Position numbers and translations under genes: made by a program. A DNA stretch of 64,000 nt from Alphaproteobacteria bacterium. GTDB taxonomy: Bacteria; Pseudomonadota; Alphaproteobacteria; Bin95. The stretch is taken from NCBI GenBank assembly GCA_965205265.1, contig CBDBGH010000003.1, positions 1,792,001 through 1,856,000 on the forward strand, given 5' to 3'. Positions 8,821 to 21,072 of the stretch are shown in pieces. Under the pieces are notes generated by a model that was not told the origin of the DNA, searched no databases, and saw only the letters and a list, made by a program, of their open reading frames with translations. Positions within the stretch are counted from its first letter, which is position 1. The number at the start of each line of letters is the position of its first letter.

Positions 8821-10047
8821 TTATCGGGAACGGACGCCGCCGCGCCCGGCAAGCACCGCGCCGGCGAGGTAGAGGGAACCTGCGATCAGCACCGGCCTGA
8901 CGCCGCCGAGGCGGTCCAGGGCAGCTTCCACATCCGTCGCCGCCGTCGCTTGCATGCCGGCGGCGCGCGCCGTTTCCGCCAGCGCTTCGGCGGGCACGGA
9001 GGCAGCGCTGCCGGGCACGGGCACCGTCACGGCCCGCTCGACATGCGGCGCCAGCGCGGCGAGGAAGCGGTCTCGGTCCTTGGTGTCCAGCATGCCGACG
9101 ACGAGGTCGAAACGCTCCGCCCGCCCTGCCAGCCACGCGGCCAACACCTGCCCCGCCGCCGGGTTATGGCCGCCGTCGAGCCAGATTTCGGGCGTCTCCG
9201 AGAGCCGCTGGAGCCGGGCCGGCCAGTGCGCGTCCTCCAAGCCGCGAACCAATGCCTTCTCCGGCAGACCGAAGTCCTCCAGGCAGGCGAGCGCAAGGCC
9301 GGCATTGCCCGCCTGGTGCGCCCCCGCGAGGCCGAGCTTCGGCAGGGGAAGCGTCAGCCGGCGTCCGTAATACACGCCGTCTGTCACCCGCCAGTCGTCA
9401 TGGACGGGCGCACCCGCTTGCGCCGCCTTCGCCAGAATGACGGCTCTGGCCTCCTCCTCCTGCGGGGCGAGCGCCAACGGGACGCCGGGCTTGACGATGC
9501 CGGCCTTCTCGGCGGCGATCTCCGCCAGCGTCTCGCCGAGGAACTGCGTGTGGTCGCGGGCGACCGGCGTTATCGCCGTCATGGCCGGGTGCTCGACGAC
9601 ATTGGTCGTGTCGAGCCCGCCTCCGAGCCCGACTTCCAGCAGCAGGACATCGGCGGGCGCGCGGGAGAAGGCAAGGAACGCTGCCGCCGTGGTGATCTCG
9701 AAAAAGGTGATCGGCCGGCCCTCATTGGCGCGTTCGCACTCTTCCAGCAGAGCCAGGAGTTCGCCGTCGGGCAGCATCTCGCCGGCCACGAGGATGCGCT
9801 CGTTGAACCGCACCAGATGCGGCGAGGTATAAGCATGCACCCGCCGGCCTGCAGCTTCGAGCATGGCGCGCATGAAGGCGACGGTCGAACCCTTGCCGTT
9901 GGTGCCGGCGACGTGGACGGTGGGCGGCAGCCGGCGTTCGGGGCTCCCCAGCCGCTCCAGCAGCCGCAGCACCCGGTCGAGCTTGAGGTCGATCAGTTTC
10001 GGATGCAGCGCCGTCAGCCGCGCCAGCACCGGGTCGAGCGCGCTCAA
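8821..10047 (-). CDS. folC: Folylpolyglutamate synthase/dihydrofolate synthase
   Basis: HVAGTNGKGST, YTSPHLVRFNERI, LEVGLGG, LDGGHNP. TTG start overlaps the accD stop. Confidence 0.95.
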   Translation of the reverse strand: MSALDPVLARLTALHPKLIDLKLDRVLRLLERLGSPERRLPPTVHVAGTNGKGSTVAFMRAMLEAAGRRVHAYTSPHLVRFNERILVAGEMLPDGELLALLEECERANEGRPITFFEITTAAAFLAFSRAPADVLLLEVGLGGGLDTTNVVEHPAMTAITPVARDHTQFLGETLAEIAAEKAGIVKPGVPLALAPQEEEARAVILAKAAQAGAPVHDDWRVTDGVYYGRRLTLPLPKLGLAGAHQAGNAGLALACLEDFGLPEKALVRGLEDAHWPARLQRLSETPEIWLDGGHNPAAGQVLAAWLAGRAERFDLVVGMLDTKDRDRFLAALAPHVERAVTVPVPGSAASVPAEALAETARAAGMQATAATDVEAALDRLGGVRPVLIAGSLYLAGAVLAGRGGVRSR

Positions 10048-11003
10048 CCCTCGATCCGCTCCCGGCCTGCCTCGTCGGAGTCGTTTGCCGCCGCCGTCTC
10101 GACGATCTCCGGATTGGGCAGCATGGCCGCGCCGTCGGCCTCGTCCGGCGGCGGTTTCGGCTGCATCAGCATGGAAAGCAGGCAGCCGAGCGTGCCGCGC
10201 AGCTCCCGGCGATGCACCACCATGTCGATGATGCCGTGGTCGTGCAGATATTCCGCGCGCTGGAAGTTCTCGGGCAGGGTCTCGCGGATCGTCTGCTGGA
10301 TGACCCGCTGCCCGGCAAAGCCGATCGCCGCGCCCGGCTCCGCAATGGCGACGTCCCCCAGCATGGCGAAGGAGGCCGAGACGCCGCCGGTCGTCGGGTC
10401 GGTCAACAGCACGATATAAGGCAGCCCCGCCTCCTTGACCTCCGAGACCGCAATCGTCGTGCGCGGCATCTGCATGAGCGACAGGATGCCTTCCTGCATC
10501 CGGGCGCCGCCCGACGCCGTGACCGCGATCAGCGCGGCGCGCTGCACCACGGCGAGCCTCGCCGCCGCCAGGAAGGCCTCGCCCACGGCAATCCCCATCG
10601 AACCGCCCATGAAGGCGAAGTCGAGCAATGCTGCCACCGCAGGCTGGCCGTCGATGGTGCCGTGCGCCACGCGCATGGCGTCCTTGGTCTTCAGTTCCGT
10701 CTGGGCGTCCCGCAGCCGGTCGGTATAGCGCCGCCGGTCGCGGAACTTCAGCGGATCGACCGGCGCGTCCGGCAGCTCGATGGTTTCGTATATGCCGTGG
10801 TCGAACAGCATCGCCAGGCGTTCCGCCGCGGCGAGGCGCATATGGTGGTCGCAATGCGGGCAGACATTGATCCGCTCGCGCAGCTCGCGGTGGAAGATCA
10901 TCTGGCCGCAATTGTCGCATTGCAGCCAGAGGTTCTCCGGCACGTCCGTCTTGCGGACGAGGCTGCGCAGGCGCGGCCGGACGAATTCGGTAAGCCAGTT
11001 CAT
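10044..11003 (-). CDS. accD: Acetyl-CoA carboxylase carboxyltransferase beta subunit
   Basis: Zn finger CDNC...[30 protein letters not shown]. Confidence 0.97.
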   Translation of the reverse strand: MNWLTEFVRPRLRSLVRKTDVPENLWLQCDNCGQMIFHRELRERINVCPHCDHHMRLAAAERLAMLFDHGIYETIELPDAPVDPLKFRDRRRYTDRLRDAQTELKTKDAMRVAHGTIDGQPAVAALLDFAFMGGSMGIAVGEAFLAAARLAVVQRAALIAVTASGGARMQEGILSLMQMPRTTIAVSEVKEAGLPYIVLLTDPTTGGVSASFAMLGDVAIAEPGAAIGFAGQRVIQQTIRETLPENFQRAEYLHDHGIIDMVVHRRELRGTLGCLLSMLMQPKPPPDEADGAAMLPNPEIVETAAANDSDEAGRERIEG

Positions 11004-11803
11004 GCGCGCGCTCCCGCCACGCCGCCGGCAAGCTCGCGGGCGAGCGCGTCCACGCGCTCCAGCATGTTCGGGCCGCCCGCGCCGATCTCGCGGACAAGGG
11101 CCGATCCGACGACCGCCCCGTCCGCGACGCGGGCGACGGCGCCCGCCTGCTCCGCGGTGTTGATGCCGAAGCCGACTGCGACAGGCAGGTCGGTGAAGCG
11201 GCGCAGGCGTCCGACGGCGAACTCCACATCCGCCATGGTGGGCGAGCGCGTGCCCGTGATGCCGGCTATCGAGACGTAATAGACAAAGCCGCTGGCGCGT
11301 TCGAGCACGACAGGCAGGCGTTCCTCATCCGTCGTCGGCGCGACGAGGCGGACGATGTCGAGGCCGGCCCGCTCGGCGGGGCCGCGCAACTCGTCCTCCT
11401 CCTCGGGCGGCAGATCGACGGTAATCAGCCCGTCCACGCCCGCCGCCTTCGCATCCGCCGCAAAGCGCTCCGCGCCATAGCGGTATATCGGGTTGAAATA
11501 GCCCATGAGCACGATCGGCGTGTCGTCGTCCCCGGCCCGGAAGGCGCGCACGAGGTCCAGAATCCGCCTCATGTTCATGCCGGCTGCAAGGGCGCGCGCG
11601 CCCCCAGCCTGGATCACCGGCCCGTCCGCCATCGGGTCGGTAAAGGAGACGCCGATCTCCAATATGTCAGCGCCGGCCTTCGCCAGGCGGTGCAACACGG
11701 TGAAGCTGGTGTCGAAATCCGGGTCGCCCCCGCTGACGAACGCCACGAAGGCGGCGCGGTCCGCCTGCCGCAACGCCTCGAAACGCGCCGCGATCCGGCT
11801 CAC
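11000..11803 (-). CDS. trpA: Tryptophan synthase alpha subunit
   Basis: [34 protein letters not shown] start overlaps the trpB stop. Confidence 0.96.
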   Translation of the reverse strand: MSRIAARFEALRQADRAAFVAFVSGGDPDFDTSFTVLHRLAKAGADILEIGVSFTDPMADGPVIQAGGARALAAGMNMRRILDLVRAFRAGDDDTPIVLMGYFNPIYRYGAERFAADAKAAGVDGLITVDLPPEEEDELRGPAERAGLDIVRLVAPTTDEERLPVVLERASGFVYYVSIAGITGTRSPTMADVEFAVGRLRRFTDLPVAVGFGINTAEQAGAVARVADGAVVGSALVREIGAGGPNMLERVDALARELAGGVAGARA

Positions 11804-13020
11804 AGCTCGATTCCCAGCGCTTCGCCGACGCTGAAGACATCCTTGTCGCCGCGTCCGCACATGTTCATCACCAGGATATGGTCGCGCGGCAGGTCCGGCG
11901 CAGCGCGGACCACCCAGGCGAGCGCATGCGCCGGCTCCAGCGCGGGAATGATGCCCTCCAGCCGGGCGCAGAGCTGGAAGGCTTCCAGCGCTTCCGCATC
12001 CGTCGCCGACATGTATTCCGCCCGCCCGACATCCTTGAGCCAGGCGTGCTCGGGGCCGATTCCGGGGTAATCCAGGCCAGCCGAGATCGAATGCGCATCC
12101 GCGATCTGGCCGTCCTCGTTCTGGAGCAGATAGGTACGGTTGCCGTGCAGCACGCCCGGCGAGCCGCCGGTGAGCGAGGCGGCATGCTCCCCGCTCTCCA
12201 GCCCCCGCCCTGCCGCCTCCACGCCGACGATGCGCACATCCGGCTCGTCGAGGAAAGGGTGGAACAGACCTATGGCGTTGGACCCGCCGCCGATACAGGC
12301 GACCACCGTGTCCGGCAACCGCCCCTCGGTTTCCACGATCTGCGCGCGCACTTCGTCGCCGATGACGCACTGGAAGTCCCGCACCATCTCCGGATAGGGC
12401 GCGGGGCCTGCGGCGGTGCCGATGATGTAGAAGGTGTCGTGGACATTCGCGACCCAGTCGCGGAGCGCCTCGTTGAGAGCGTCCTTCAGGGTGCGCGAGC
12501 CGCTTTCGACCGCCCTCACTTCGGCGCCGAGCAGGCGCATGCGGAAAACATTGGGCGCCTGCCGGTCGATATCGACGGACCCCATATAGACCGTGCACGG
12601 CAGGTCGAACCGGGCGCAGACCGTTGCCGCCGCCACGCCGTGCTGCCCCGCCCCGGTTTCTGCGATGATCCGGGTCTTGCCCATGCGCCGGGCGAGAAGA
12701 ATCTGGCCGAGGCAATTGTTGATCTTGTGCGAACCGGTGTGGTTCAACTCGTCGCGCTTGAAGTAGATCCTCGCGCCGCCCAGATGCGCGGTCAGCCGCT
12801 CGGCGAAATAGAGCGGGCTCGGCCGGCCGGTATAGTGCTTGTGGAACCGGCCCATCTCCTCGTGGAACGCCGGGTCGTTCTTCGCATCCTCATAGGCGGC
12901 GCCGACCTCGCTGATGAGCGGCATCAGCGTCTCGGCCACATACCGGCCCCCATACAGGCCGAAATGGCCTCGCTCATCGGGCCCCAGGCGGTAGCTGTTG
13001 GCGGCGGTATCGGGACTCAT
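11800..13020 (-). CDS. trpB: Tryptophan synthase beta subunit
   Basis: [14 protein letters not shown] lysine, [25 protein letters not shown]. Confidence 0.97.
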   Translation of the reverse strand: MSPDTAANSYRLGPDERGHFGLYGGRYVAETLMPLISEVGAAYEDAKNDPAFHEEMGRFHKHYTGRPSPLYFAERLTAHLGGARIYFKRDELNHTGSHKINNCLGQILLARRMGKTRIIAETGAGQHGVAAATVCARFDLPCTVYMGSVDIDRQAPNVFRMRLLGAEVRAVESGSRTLKDALNEALRDWVANVHDTFYIIGTAAGPAPYPEMVRDFQCVIGDEVRAQIVETEGRLPDTVVACIGGGSNAIGLFHPFLDEPDVRIVGVEAAGRGLESGEHAASLTGGSPGVLHGNRTYLLQNEDGQIADAHSISAGLDYPGIGPEHAWLKDVGRAEYMSATDAEALEAFQLCARLEGIIPALEPAHALAWVVRAAPDLPRDHILVMNMCGRGDKDVFSVGEALGIEL

Positions 13021-13078
13021 CGTCTTCGTTCCCCGGGTCGCGCAATCGCGCCGGACCATACGCGCGCCCGCTTCGAAA

Positions 13079-13720
13079 TCAAAGCGTTGCCGCCTTCTCC
13101 AGGAAAGCGCGGACCAGGGCCGGGTCCTTGACGCCCCGGCTCCGCTCGACGCCGGAGGACACATCGACAACGCTGGCTCCGGACGCGCTCACCGCGTCGG
13201 CCAGATTGTCCGCTGTCAGCCCGCCGGACAGCAGCCAGGGCAGATCCGGCAACGGAGCGGCAAGCAGCGACCAGTCGAAGGCAAGGGCATTGCCGCCCGG
13301 CAGGCGCGCGCCCGCCGGCGGGCGCGAGTCGAACAGCAGGCGGTCAACCGCCTTCTCGTAGGCAAAGGTCGCCGAGACATCGGCCGGCCCGGAAACGGGC
13401 AGCGCCTTCCACACCTCCAGGCCGAAATGCCCTCGGATTTTCGTAGCGCGCTGCGGGGTCTCGCGACCGTGCAACTGCAGGACATCGAGTCCTGCCGCTT
13501 CGGCTGCTTGTGCGATTGCCTCGTCGTCCGGATCCACAAAAAGCCCGACCTTGAGCACGGCGGGCGGCACATGCGGGGCGAGGCGCGCCGCGTCATCGGG
13601 CGACAGTTCCCGCGGGCTGCCCGGAACGAAGGCGAAGCCCACCGCCGCAGCTCCGCCCTCCACGGCGCTTTCCAGAACCTCCCGGTCCCGGATACCGCAA
13701 ATCTTGACCTGGACGGACAT
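13079..13720 (-). CDS. trpF: Phosphoribosylanthranilate isomerase
   Basis: VKICGI, QLHGRET, LSGGLT, DVSSGVE. Confidence 0.95.
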   Translation of the reverse strand: MSVQVKICGIRDREVLESAVEGGAAAVGFAFVPGSPRELSPDDAARLAPHVPPAVLKVGLFVDPDDEAIAQAAEAAGLDVLQLHGRETPQRATKIRGHFGLEVWKALPVSGPADVSATFAYEKAVDRLLFDSRPPAGARLPGGNALAFDWSLLAAPLPDLPWLLSGGLTADNLADAVSASGASVVDVSSGVERSRGVKDPALVRAFLEKAATL

Positions 13721-14028
13721 CAGGGAGCCGCAGGCAGCGCCGGGTTCTTGCCGCCGGCGCGCGTCGCGGCCGTTTCCTTCCGGCTGCCCGCCTCCGTTGC
13801 CTGCCGGCGAAGGCGGCGCCTGCGCGCCCGGCCGCCTGCAATCCCCGAAAACGCCCAGCCCGCAACCAGGCCGACCGCAAGCGGAACCAGAACAATAAGG
13901 TAAACCGGGAGCGATACGGTCGATCCAACCGGGAAGATACCGATCGCAACTTCGTGCATGTTTTCAACGGCGAAAAGGGCTGCGATCAGGGCAATCGCCA
14001 GGATGGAAGCTGCCCGGATGAGTGCCAC
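13720..14028 (-). CDS. LapA (DUF1049) family membrane protein
   Basis: Two TM segments with LFAVEN motif and a basic tail. Follows ihfB as in other proteobacteria. Confidence 0.7.
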   Translation of the reverse strand: MALIRAASILAIALIAALFAVENMHEVAIGIFPVGSTVSLPVYLIVLVPLAVGLVAGWAFSGIAGGRARRRRLRRQATEAGSRKETAATRAGGKNPALPAAP

Positions 14029-14041
14029 GGCCGGTCCGCCT

Positions 14042-14329
14042 TTACTCCGTTTCCCCGTTCAAACGTTCGCGGAGGCGCTTTCCCGCCTTGAAGGCAGGCA
14101 TGAATTTTGCCTCGACCAACACGGGCGCGCCGGTTGCCGGGTTGCGGCCCGTGCGCGCCTGCCGTTCCTTGGTCCAGAACGCGCCGAAACCCCGTAATTC
14201 CACGCGGTCGCCCCGCGCGAGCGCCTCGGAGATTTCTTCGAAAAAGGTAGCAACTAATTTCACAACATCGCTGTAGGATAATTCCGGGTTTCGTTCCGCA
14301 ATTCTTTTGATGAGTTCAGAACGAGTCAT
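14042..14329 (-). CDS. ihfB: Integration host factor beta subunit
   Basis: MTRSELI...[10 protein letters not shown]...GRNPATG...[12 protein letters not shown]. Confidence 0.95.
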   Translation of the reverse strand: MTRSELIKRIAERNPELSYSDVVKLVATFFEEISEALARGDRVELRGFGAFWTKERQARTGRNPATGAPVLVEAKFMPAFKAGKRLRERLNGETE

Positions 14330-14355
14330 GTATAATCCCCCAGCGTCCCCCAATA

Positions 14356-15267
14356 CTAACGAAGCGCAGGATGCCAAACTGCCAATAGCCCGTCAAGCAA
14401 AAGCCGCTCCGCGGCGGTGTTTTTCCCGACTAAACGACCGACAATCCGGCCCAACCAGCCATTATCGCGCTCCGGGTCCCGGTCGATCGTTACGAGGTGG
14501 CGCCCGATACCGCGCTCCTCCGCCAGCCAGTCGCGCGCCGCACCCTCCCCGCCTATAGCATCGACGAGGCCGTTTCCGACGGCTGACCGCCCGGTGAAAA
14601 CGCGCCCGTCGGCAAGGGCTATCACGTCCGCCCGGCCGAGCGGGCGGCGCTCGGCCACTGTATCGACGAACAGGGTATAGATTTCATCGACGAGCGCCTG
14701 GGCAGCGGCGCGGCCGGCGGGCGTCAACCGCTCCACCGGATTGGGCATCGTCTTCAACGGGCCGCTGCGCACGACATCGACGCCAACGCCAAGCTTTTCC
14801 AGAAGCCCGACGACCTGGGGCGCCTGCAGAATGACGCCGATCGAGCCGGTGATGGTGGCGTTGCGCGCGAAGATGCGGTCCGCACCCACGGCGACCAGAT
14901 AGGCGCCCGACGCGCCCGTCGCGCCCATGACGGCGGCGACCGGCTTGGCTGCGCCGACCCGTCTCAGCGCGTCATGCAGCGCCTCGGACGCAGCCGCAGA
15001 CCCTCCAGTGCTGTCGATGAAGACCAGAAGCGCGCGAGCGCGGTCGTCCGCGGCGATTTCATCCAGCCGGCGCCGGAGCGCGCGGTCGTCGCGAATGAAG
15101 CCTTCGACATGGACCCGCGCCACATGGTCGCCGCCCCCGGCATACGGTATCGCTGCCGAATACAACACCGCCGCAAGCGCCGCCGCCGCCGCGAACAGGG
15201 CCCCGAACCGCCAGAGCCGAAGCTGGCGTTTCAGCCGCGCATGGCGGATCGGAGCGAGCGCAGCCAC
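14356..15267 (-). CDS. sppA: Signal peptide peptidase SppA (S49)
   Basis: N-terminal TM, IDSTGGS, GASGAY, TGSIGVI, DGRVFTG. rpsA-sppA-ihfB synteny. Confidence 0.9.
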   Translation of the reverse strand: MAALAPIRHARLKRQLRLWRFGALFAAAAALAAVLYSAAIPYAGGGDHVARVHVEGFIRDDRALRRRLDEIAADDRARALLVFIDSTGGSAAASEALHDALRRVGAAKPVAAVMGATGASGAYLVAVGADRIFARNATITGSIGVILQAPQVVGLLEKLGVGVDVVRSGPLKTMPNPVERLTPAGRAAAQALVDEIYTLFVDTVAERRPLGRADVIALADGRVFTGRSAVGNGLVDAIGGEGAARDWLAEERGIGRHLVTIDRDPERDNGWLGRIVGRLVGKNTAAERLLLDGLLAVWHPALR

Positions 15268-15285
15268 TGTTCTGCGCCGCTCCGG

Positions 15286-17046
15286 CTACTTGTCCGGGTC
15301 GTCGTTTTCTTCTTCGTCCCGCTGAGCCCGGTCCCGGAGCGCCGCGCCCAGAATGTCGCCAAGGCTCGCGCCGCTGTCGGAAGAGCCGAACTGTTCCATC
15401 GCCGAGCGTTCCTCGTCGATTTCCAGCGCCTTGATCGAAAGCTGGATACGCCGGCCGGCCTTGTCCACCTGCGTGACCTTGGCATCGACGCGCTCGCCCA
15501 CAGCGAAACGGTCCGGGCGCTGCTCCGAGCGGTCCCGCCCGAGTTCGCTGCGCCGGATGACGCCGGTGAGCTCGCCCGGCAGCGTCACCTCGAGGGCGTT
15601 GTCGAGCACGGCCGCCACCGTCACGGTCATCACCGAGCCCCGGCGCAGGGCGCCGCTGCGCGCGCCGCCGCGCGTCGCGCTCTCGAACGGGTCCTCGGTC
15701 AGCTGCTTGATGCCGAGACTGATGCGCTCTTTCTCAACGTCCACGTCCAGCACTTTCGCCTGGACCGTGTCGCCGCGGGAGAAGTCCTGCACAGCGTCGT
15801 CGCCCTGCCGGCCCCAGGCAAGGTCGGAGAGATGGACCATGCCGTCGATGTCGCCCGAAAGGCCCACGAACAGACCGAACTCGGTGATGTTCTTGACCTC
15901 GCCCTCGACCGTGCTGCCGAGCGGGAACTGCTCCAGGAAATTCTCCCACGGATTGGCCTGGGTCTGCTTGATGCCGAGGCTGATGCGGCGCTTCTCCAGA
16001 TCCAGGTCGAGGATGCGCACATCCACTTCCTGGCTGGTGGAGACGATCTTGCCGGGATGGACGTTCTTCTTGGTCCAGCTCATCTCCGAGACATGGACAA
16101 GGCCTTCGACGCCCGGCTCCAGCTCGACGAAGGCGCCGTAGTCGGTGATGTTGGTGACGCGCCCGAGATAGTTGGCGCCCACGGGGTATTTGAGCGCCAC
16201 GCCTTCCCACGGGTCCACCTGGAGCTGCTTCATGCCGAGCGAGATGCGCTGGGTGTCCAGGTTGAAACGGATGACCTGCACCTCGACCGTCTGGCCGATA
16301 CTGAGGGCTTCGCTCGGGTGGTTGATGCGGTGCCAGGCGATGTCGGTGACATGCAGCAGCCCGTCCACGCCGCCGAGGTCGATAAAGGCGCCGTAATCGG
16401 TGATGTTCTTGACGACGCCGTTCAGCACCTGGCCCTCGCGCAGATTGGCGATGAGCTCGTTGCGCGCCTCGGCGCGGCTTTCCTCCAGCACCGCGCGCCG
16501 CGACACGACGATATTGCCGCGCGAGCGGTCCATCTTGAGGATCAGGAAGGGCTGAGGCGCCCCCATCAACGGCCCGATGTCGCGCACCGGGCGTATATCC
16601 ACCTGGCTGCCGGGCAGGAACGCGACCGCACCGGACAGATCGACGGTGAACCCGCCCTTCACCTTGCCGAAAATGACGCCCGAGACCTTGTCGTTCGCCT
16701 TGAACGCGGTTTCCAGATGGCTCCACGCCTCTTCCCGCTTGGCCTTGTCGCGGCTGAGCACCGCCTCGCCGTTCTTGTCCTCGAGGCGTTCGACGTAGAT
16801 CTCGACCTCGTCGCCTGTCGAGATTTCCGCCGGCCGGCCGGGCGTCGCGAATTCCTTGAGAGGCACGCGCCCCTCCGCCTTGAGCCCGACATCGATCAGC
16901 GCCATGTCGTTTTCGACCGCGATGACCCGGCCTTTGACGACCGTTCCTTCGAAGCCCTTCATCGCTTCCAGCGACTCTTCCAGAAGGGCTGCGAAATTTT
17001 CCTTTTCGGCGCCTGCCGCGCCGGTTTCGGCAAGAGAAGTAGCCAT
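15286..17046 (-). CDS. rpsA: 30S ribosomal protein S1
   Basis: Repeated S1 domains (NITDYGAF, GLLHV, RISLGIKQ). Confidence 0.97.
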   Translation of the reverse strand: MATSLAETGAAGAEKENFAALLEESLEAMKGFEGTVVKGRVIAVENDMALIDVGLKAEGRVPLKEFATPGRPAEISTGDEVEIYVERLEDKNGEAVLSRDKAKREEAWSHLETAFKANDKVSGVIFGKVKGGFTVDLSGAVAFLPGSQVDIRPVRDIGPLMGAPQPFLILKMDRSRGNIVVSRRAVLEESRAEARNELIANLREGQVLNGVVKNITDYGAFIDLGGVDGLLHVTDIAWHRINHPSEALSIGQTVEVQVIRFNLDTQRISLGMKQLQVDPWEGVALKYPVGANYLGRVTNITDYGAFVELEPGVEGLVHVSEMSWTKKNVHPGKIVSTSQEVDVRILDLDLEKRRISLGIKQTQANPWENFLEQFPLGSTVEGEVKNITEFGLFVGLSGDIDGMVHLSDLAWGRQGDDAVQDFSRGDTVQAKVLDVDVEKERISLGIKQLTEDPFESATRGGARSGALRRGSVMTVTVAAVLDNALEVTLPGELTGVIRRSELGRDRSEQRPDRFAVGERVDAKVTQVDKAGRRIQLSIKALEIDEERSAMEQFGSSDSGASLGDILGAALRDRAQRDEEENDDPDK

Positions 17047-17123
17047 TCGGCTGCTGCGTTCCTTTCCAATTGCAAACCGGCTGGCCATTCGCCCTCATCG
17101 ACGAAAGGCAGGCCGATCCTTCC

Positions 17124-17774
17124 TCATCGCCCGCCCGACCCGCGCTGCAACGCCGCGAGACGCTCCATCGCCAGCAGAAATGCCCTCTGGAAGACCGCAT
17201 CCGGGGTCATCCCCGTGGTGTCGATCTCGACGGCATCGTCCGCCGGCTGCAATGGCGCGGTAAGCCGGGTGCGATCTCTCGAATCGCGCGCGGCAACCTC
17301 GGCCAGAACCTCCGGCAACATAAGCGTTTCCCCCTTTGACCGCAACTCTTCCAGACGGCGGCGTGCGCGCTCCTCCAGGCTGGCCGTGACGAACAGCTTG
17401 AGTTCTGCCTCCGGGCAGATGACGGTGCCGGTGTCGCGTCCGTCCAGCACGGCCCCCGGCGGCGTCGCCGCCACCCGCCTCTGGAACGCAAGCAGGGCGG
17501 TCCGCACGGCCGGCAGGGCAGCCACGCGGGAAGCCGCATCGCCCACCGCCTCGCCGCGCAGCCCGCGATCCTCGAGCATGGCCGGGTCCAGCGCTTCCGC
17601 GTGCGCGGCGGCCTCCCCGGGATCGTCGGGGTCGCCGCCAGCGTCCAACATGGATTTCGCGACCGCGCGGTAGATCGCGCCCGTGTCCAGATAGACATAG
17701 CCAAGCGCCGCCGCGAGCCGGCGCGCCAGCGTGCCCTTGCCGGCCGCGGCCGGCCCGTCAATGGTGACGATCAC
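17124..17774 (-). CDS. cmk: Cytidylate kinase
   Basis: [26 protein letters not shown]. Confidence 0.96.
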   Translation of the reverse strand: MIVTIDGPAAAGKGTLARRLAAALGYVYLDTGAIYRAVAKSMLDAGGDPDDPGEAAAHAEALDPAMLEDRGLRGEAVGDAASRVAALPAVRTALLAFQRRVAATPPGAVLDGRDTGTVICPEAELKLFVTASLEERARRRLEELRSKGETLMLPEVLAEVAARDSRDRTRLTAPLQPADDAVEIDTTGMTPDAVFQRAFLLAMERLAALQRGSGGR

Positions 17775-19084
17775 ACCTCGACCGCCGCGCCGAGTTCGTT
17801 CATCAGCCCGACAAATCCGGGGAAGGAGGTCGCCACCGGCGCGATATCGTCTATCCGCACGGCCTCGCGCGCCCCCATGCCCAGCACCATGAACGCCATC
17901 GCGATGCGGTGGTCGAGCCGGCTTGCGATCTCGACGCCGCCGCGGGGCTGCCCGCCCGTGACCTCCAGCGTGTCGGCGCTTTCTCGCACCTCGACGCCGC
18001 AGGCCGCAAGCCCGGCCGCCATTGCGCCCAGGCGGTCGCTTTCCTTGACGCGCAGCTCGGCCAGCCCCGACATGCGGGTGGTTCCCTCCGCGAACGCCGC
18101 GGCGACTGCGAGGATGGGGAACTCGTCGATCATGCTCGGCACCCGCTCCGGCGGCACATCCACGGCGGCAAGGCGGTTCCGGGCGAGCGTGATGTCGCCC
18201 ACCGGCTCGCCGCCCTCGACGCGCTCATCCGCCACGGAGATTTCGGCCCCCATCTCGCGGAGCGTCTCGATCAGCCCGATACGCCCCGGATTGAGGCCGA
18301 CGCCGGCAACCGTCACGCGCGAGCCCGGCAATATGGCCGCAGCCGCGAGCGGAAAGGAGGCCGAGGAGATGTCTCCCGGAACCGACACGGGGCGCGCGAC
18401 AAGCTCCGGCTCGCCGGTGAGCCGCACGACGCCGTCCTCCTCCTGCTGCACGGATGCTCCGAAATGCCGCAGCATGCGCTCCGTATGGTCGCGCGTCGGG
18501 GAGGGCTCCATCACCACCGTCTCGCCCGGGGTGTTGAGGCCGGCCAGCAGCACCGCCGACTTCACCTGCGCCGAGGCGACCGGCAGCTCGTAGCGCACCG
18601 GCACCGGGAAGCCCGCGCCGACGACCGTGAGCGGCAACATGCCGCCCGCCCGGCCGTGGAAGGCCGCGCCGAATCGGGACAGGGGTTCGCTCACCCGGCG
18701 CATCGGGCGGGACCGGAGCGAGGCATCGCCCGTCAGCGTCGCGGTCAGCCTGTGCGTCGCCAGCAGGCCGAGCAGAAGGCGCGCCGCCGTGCCGGAATTG
18801 CCCATGTCGAGCACGTCTTCCGGCTCGGTCAATCCTCCGACGCCGCGTCCGTTGACCTGCCAGCTTCCAAGCCCGGTGCGCTCCACCTCGATACCCAGCG
18901 CGCGCATGGCGGCCGCTGTCGCCAGCACGTCCTCGCCTTCGAGCAGCCCGTCGATCCTCGTTTCGCCAACAGCGACGCCGGCCAACATCAGCGCCCGGTG
19001 GGAAACCGACTTGTCGCCCGGTGCGCGCACCTCTCCCCGGAGCGCGCCGCAGGGATGCGAAACCGCCCTGCCTGTCCCGGTCAC
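17771..19084 (-). CDS. aroA: EPSP synthase
   Basis: [43 protein letters not shown] start chosen after GGAGG. Confidence 0.96.
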   Translation of the reverse strand: MTGTGRAVSHPCGALRGEVRAPGDKSVSHRALMLAGVAVGETRIDGLLEGEDVLATAAAMRALGIEVERTGLGSWQVNGRGVGGLTEPEDVLDMGNSGTAARLLLGLLATHRLTATLTGDASLRSRPMRRVSEPLSRFGAAFHGRAGGMLPLTVVGAGFPVPVRYELPVASAQVKSAVLLAGLNTPGETVVMEPSPTRDHTERMLRHFGASVQQEEDGVVRLTGEPELVARPVSVPGDISSASFPLAAAAILPGSRVTVAGVGLNPGRIGLIETLREMGAEISVADERVEGGEPVGDITLARNRLAAVDVPPERVPSMIDEFPILAVAAAFAEGTTRMSGLAELRVKESDRLGAMAAGLAACGVEVRESADTLEVTGGQPRGGVEIASRLDHRIAMAFMVLGMGAREAVRIDDIAPVATSFPGFVGLMNELGAAVEV

Positions 19085-19196
19085 CGATCCGACCTCCCGA
19101 TTCATTGCCTCGCCTTGTCGAATTCGTTTTGACACTACGCCGCCCTTCTGGCAAACGCTCGCCGCTTTCGTTTCATATAGTTGTCGGAGACCGCCC

Positions 19197-19517
19197 GTGG
19201 CCCGTCCGAATCTCGGCAGCAAGCGTGTCTGTCCCTCATGCAACGCCAAGTTCTACGACCTCGGAAAGGACCCCGCGACCTGCCCGGAATGCGGCGGGGC
19301 ACATCCCCAGGCGAGCTTCCTGAAGCCGCGCCGCGCCAAACCGCCCGCCCCGCGCGCCGCGCCCAAGCAGCCCGCGCCGAAGGACGAGAGCGAGGACGAT
19401 ATCGCTCTTGACGACGAGGGCGAGGACGACGGGGACGTCGAGGACCTGGACGACGGCGAAGACCTCGGCGATGTCGTCGCCGGCGGCGCCAAGAAGGATG
19501 GGGAGGACGACAACTGA
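19197..19517 (+). CDS. TIGR02300 / FYDLN acidic-domain protein
   Basis: [26 protein letters not shown] followed by an acidic tail. Divergent from aroA. Confidence 0.9.
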   Translation: MARPNLGSKRVCPSCNAKFYDLGKDPATCPECGGAHPQASFLKPRRAKPPAPRAAPKQPAPKDESEDDIALDDEGEDDGDVEDLDDGEDLGDVVAGGAKKDGEDDN

Positions 19518-19614
19518 GCCGCTGACCCGCCCTTGTCGGCAATCGGCAGCAGAGACTATATTGAGGCTTCGCGACGCGCCGGCGAAGAGCTTGTGCATCG
19601 CGCGGACATGCCGG

Positions 19615-19690
<76 letters not shown>

Positions 19691-19699
19691 ATCCGCCCG

Positions 19700-19727
19700 A
19701 AAGGCCCGGCCGAGCGCCGGGCCTTTT
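19700..19727 (+). terminator. Intrinsic terminator after tRNA-Ala
   Basis: AAAGGCCCGGC-CGAGC-GCCGGGCCTTTT hairpin. Confidence 0.7.
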
Positions 19728-19759
19728 GCCGATAGGCCGCGGGGCTTGAGGACGCCGCG

Positions 19760-21001
19760 ATGCCCCGCCGGGCCGTAGCCGCCGCCCCGCTGCGGCTGCT
19801 GTCCCGCAAGCGCTTCCGCCGCGCCTGGGCCGCGGGCGCGCTGGCGGGCGGCGTGCGCTGGCTCGAGGTGCTGGCCGTGGGCTGGTATGTCGTCGAAGAA
19901 ACCGGCTCGCCAATGGCGGTCGCTCTGGTGCTGTTTCTCCGCCAGGCGCCGATGTTCCTGCTCGGCGCGTTTGCCGGCGCCATTTCGGAGCGCGGCGACC
20001 GGCGCGCGATTCTCCTCATTGCCTTCGCCGCCCTGGCCGCCGTCATGGGCCTGCTGGCCCTTCTGGCGTTCCTGGACCTTCTGACCGTCCATCATGTGGC
20101 GGCCGGGGTCTTCTGCAGCGGGATCGTCTGGGCGCTCGACTTTCCCGTCAGGCGGACCATGCTGGGGGACCTCGCCGGGCCGTCGCGCTTCGGCACCGCC
20201 ATGGCGCTCGACAGCTCCACCGCCAATTTCACCCGCATGCTGGGGCCGCTCGCGGGCGGCGTGCTGATGGATACCATCGGCATCGGCGGCGCTTATCTGG
20301 CCGGCGCGGCCTGTTTCGCCGGGGGCGCATCGCTGCTGCTTTTCACCTCCTACCGCCGGCCGCCGGCACCGCCTGCCGGCAGGGGCCTCTTCGCCGATAT
20401 CCGCGATGCCTTTGCCTATCTGCCGCACGCGCCGGTCGTCCTCGGCACAGTCCTGCTGACCGTGATGATGAACGTCTTCGGCTTTCCCTATCTGAACATG
20501 ATCCCGGTCATCGGACGGGAGACGCTTGAGTTGCAGGCGTTTGCGACCGGCTCGCTGATGTCCGCCGAGGCGGCGACCGCGTTCGCGACCGCGCTGGTCA
20601 TCGCCGCGCTCGTCCGGCCGCGGCATTTCCTGCGCCTCTACGTCATCGCCGGGGCGGCGTTCCTCGCCTGCGTCGTGGGCTTTTCCTTCGCGCCCGGCTA
20701 TCCCGAGGCCATGGTCGTGCTGCTGGCCAGCGGCATCGGCTTTGCCGGATTCGCGGCCATGCAGGGAGCGCTCATCCTGCACAGCGCCGCGCCGGCGATG
20801 CGCGCGCGGGTCATGGGTGTGATGACGGTCGCCATCGGCGCCGGCGGGCCGCTCGGCACGCTGCATGTCGGCTTCATGGCGGAACATTTCGGCCCCCAGA
20901 CCGCCGTCGGCATCATGGCGGCGGAAGGGCTTGCCTGCATGGCGCTCGTGCTGCTGGCGATCCCCGCGCTCCGCCCCTGGCGCAGGCCCGCGCCGCCATG
21001 A
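19760..21001 (+). CDS. MFS transporter
   Basis: About 12 hydrophobic segments. GAISERGDRR resembles MFS motif A. Confidence 0.9.
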   Translation: MPRRAVAAAPLRLLSRKRFRRAWAAGALAGGVRWLEVLAVGWYVVEETGSPMAVALVLFLRQAPMFLLGAFAGAISERGDRRAILLIAFAALAAVMGLLALLAFLDLLTVHHVAAGVFCSGIVWALDFPVRRTMLGDLAGPSRFGTAMALDSSTANFTRMLGPLAGGVLMDTIGIGGAYLAGAACFAGGASLLLFTSYRRPPAPPAGRGLFADIRDAFAYLPHAPVVLGTVLLTVMMNVFGFPYLNMIPVIGRETLELQAFATGSLMSAEAATAFATALVIAALVRPRHFLRLYVIAGAAFLACVVGFSFAPGYPEAMVVLLASGIGFAGFAAMQGALILHSAAPAMRARVMGVMTVAIGAGGPLGTLHVGFMAEHFGPQTAVGIMAAEGLACMALVLLAIPALRPWRRPAPP

Positions 21002-21072
21002 GCGCGCGTCTTTCCTAATCCGGGCGCGAGGCCCATTATGGGCGGCGCCCTGCCAGAAGGACCTGCGTATCC

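Noticed and set aside
14220-14420. AT-rich patch at the ihfB/sppA junction as foreign DNA
   Set aside because: The genes are in conserved core order. The patch is more likely an internal promoter region or local codon bias.
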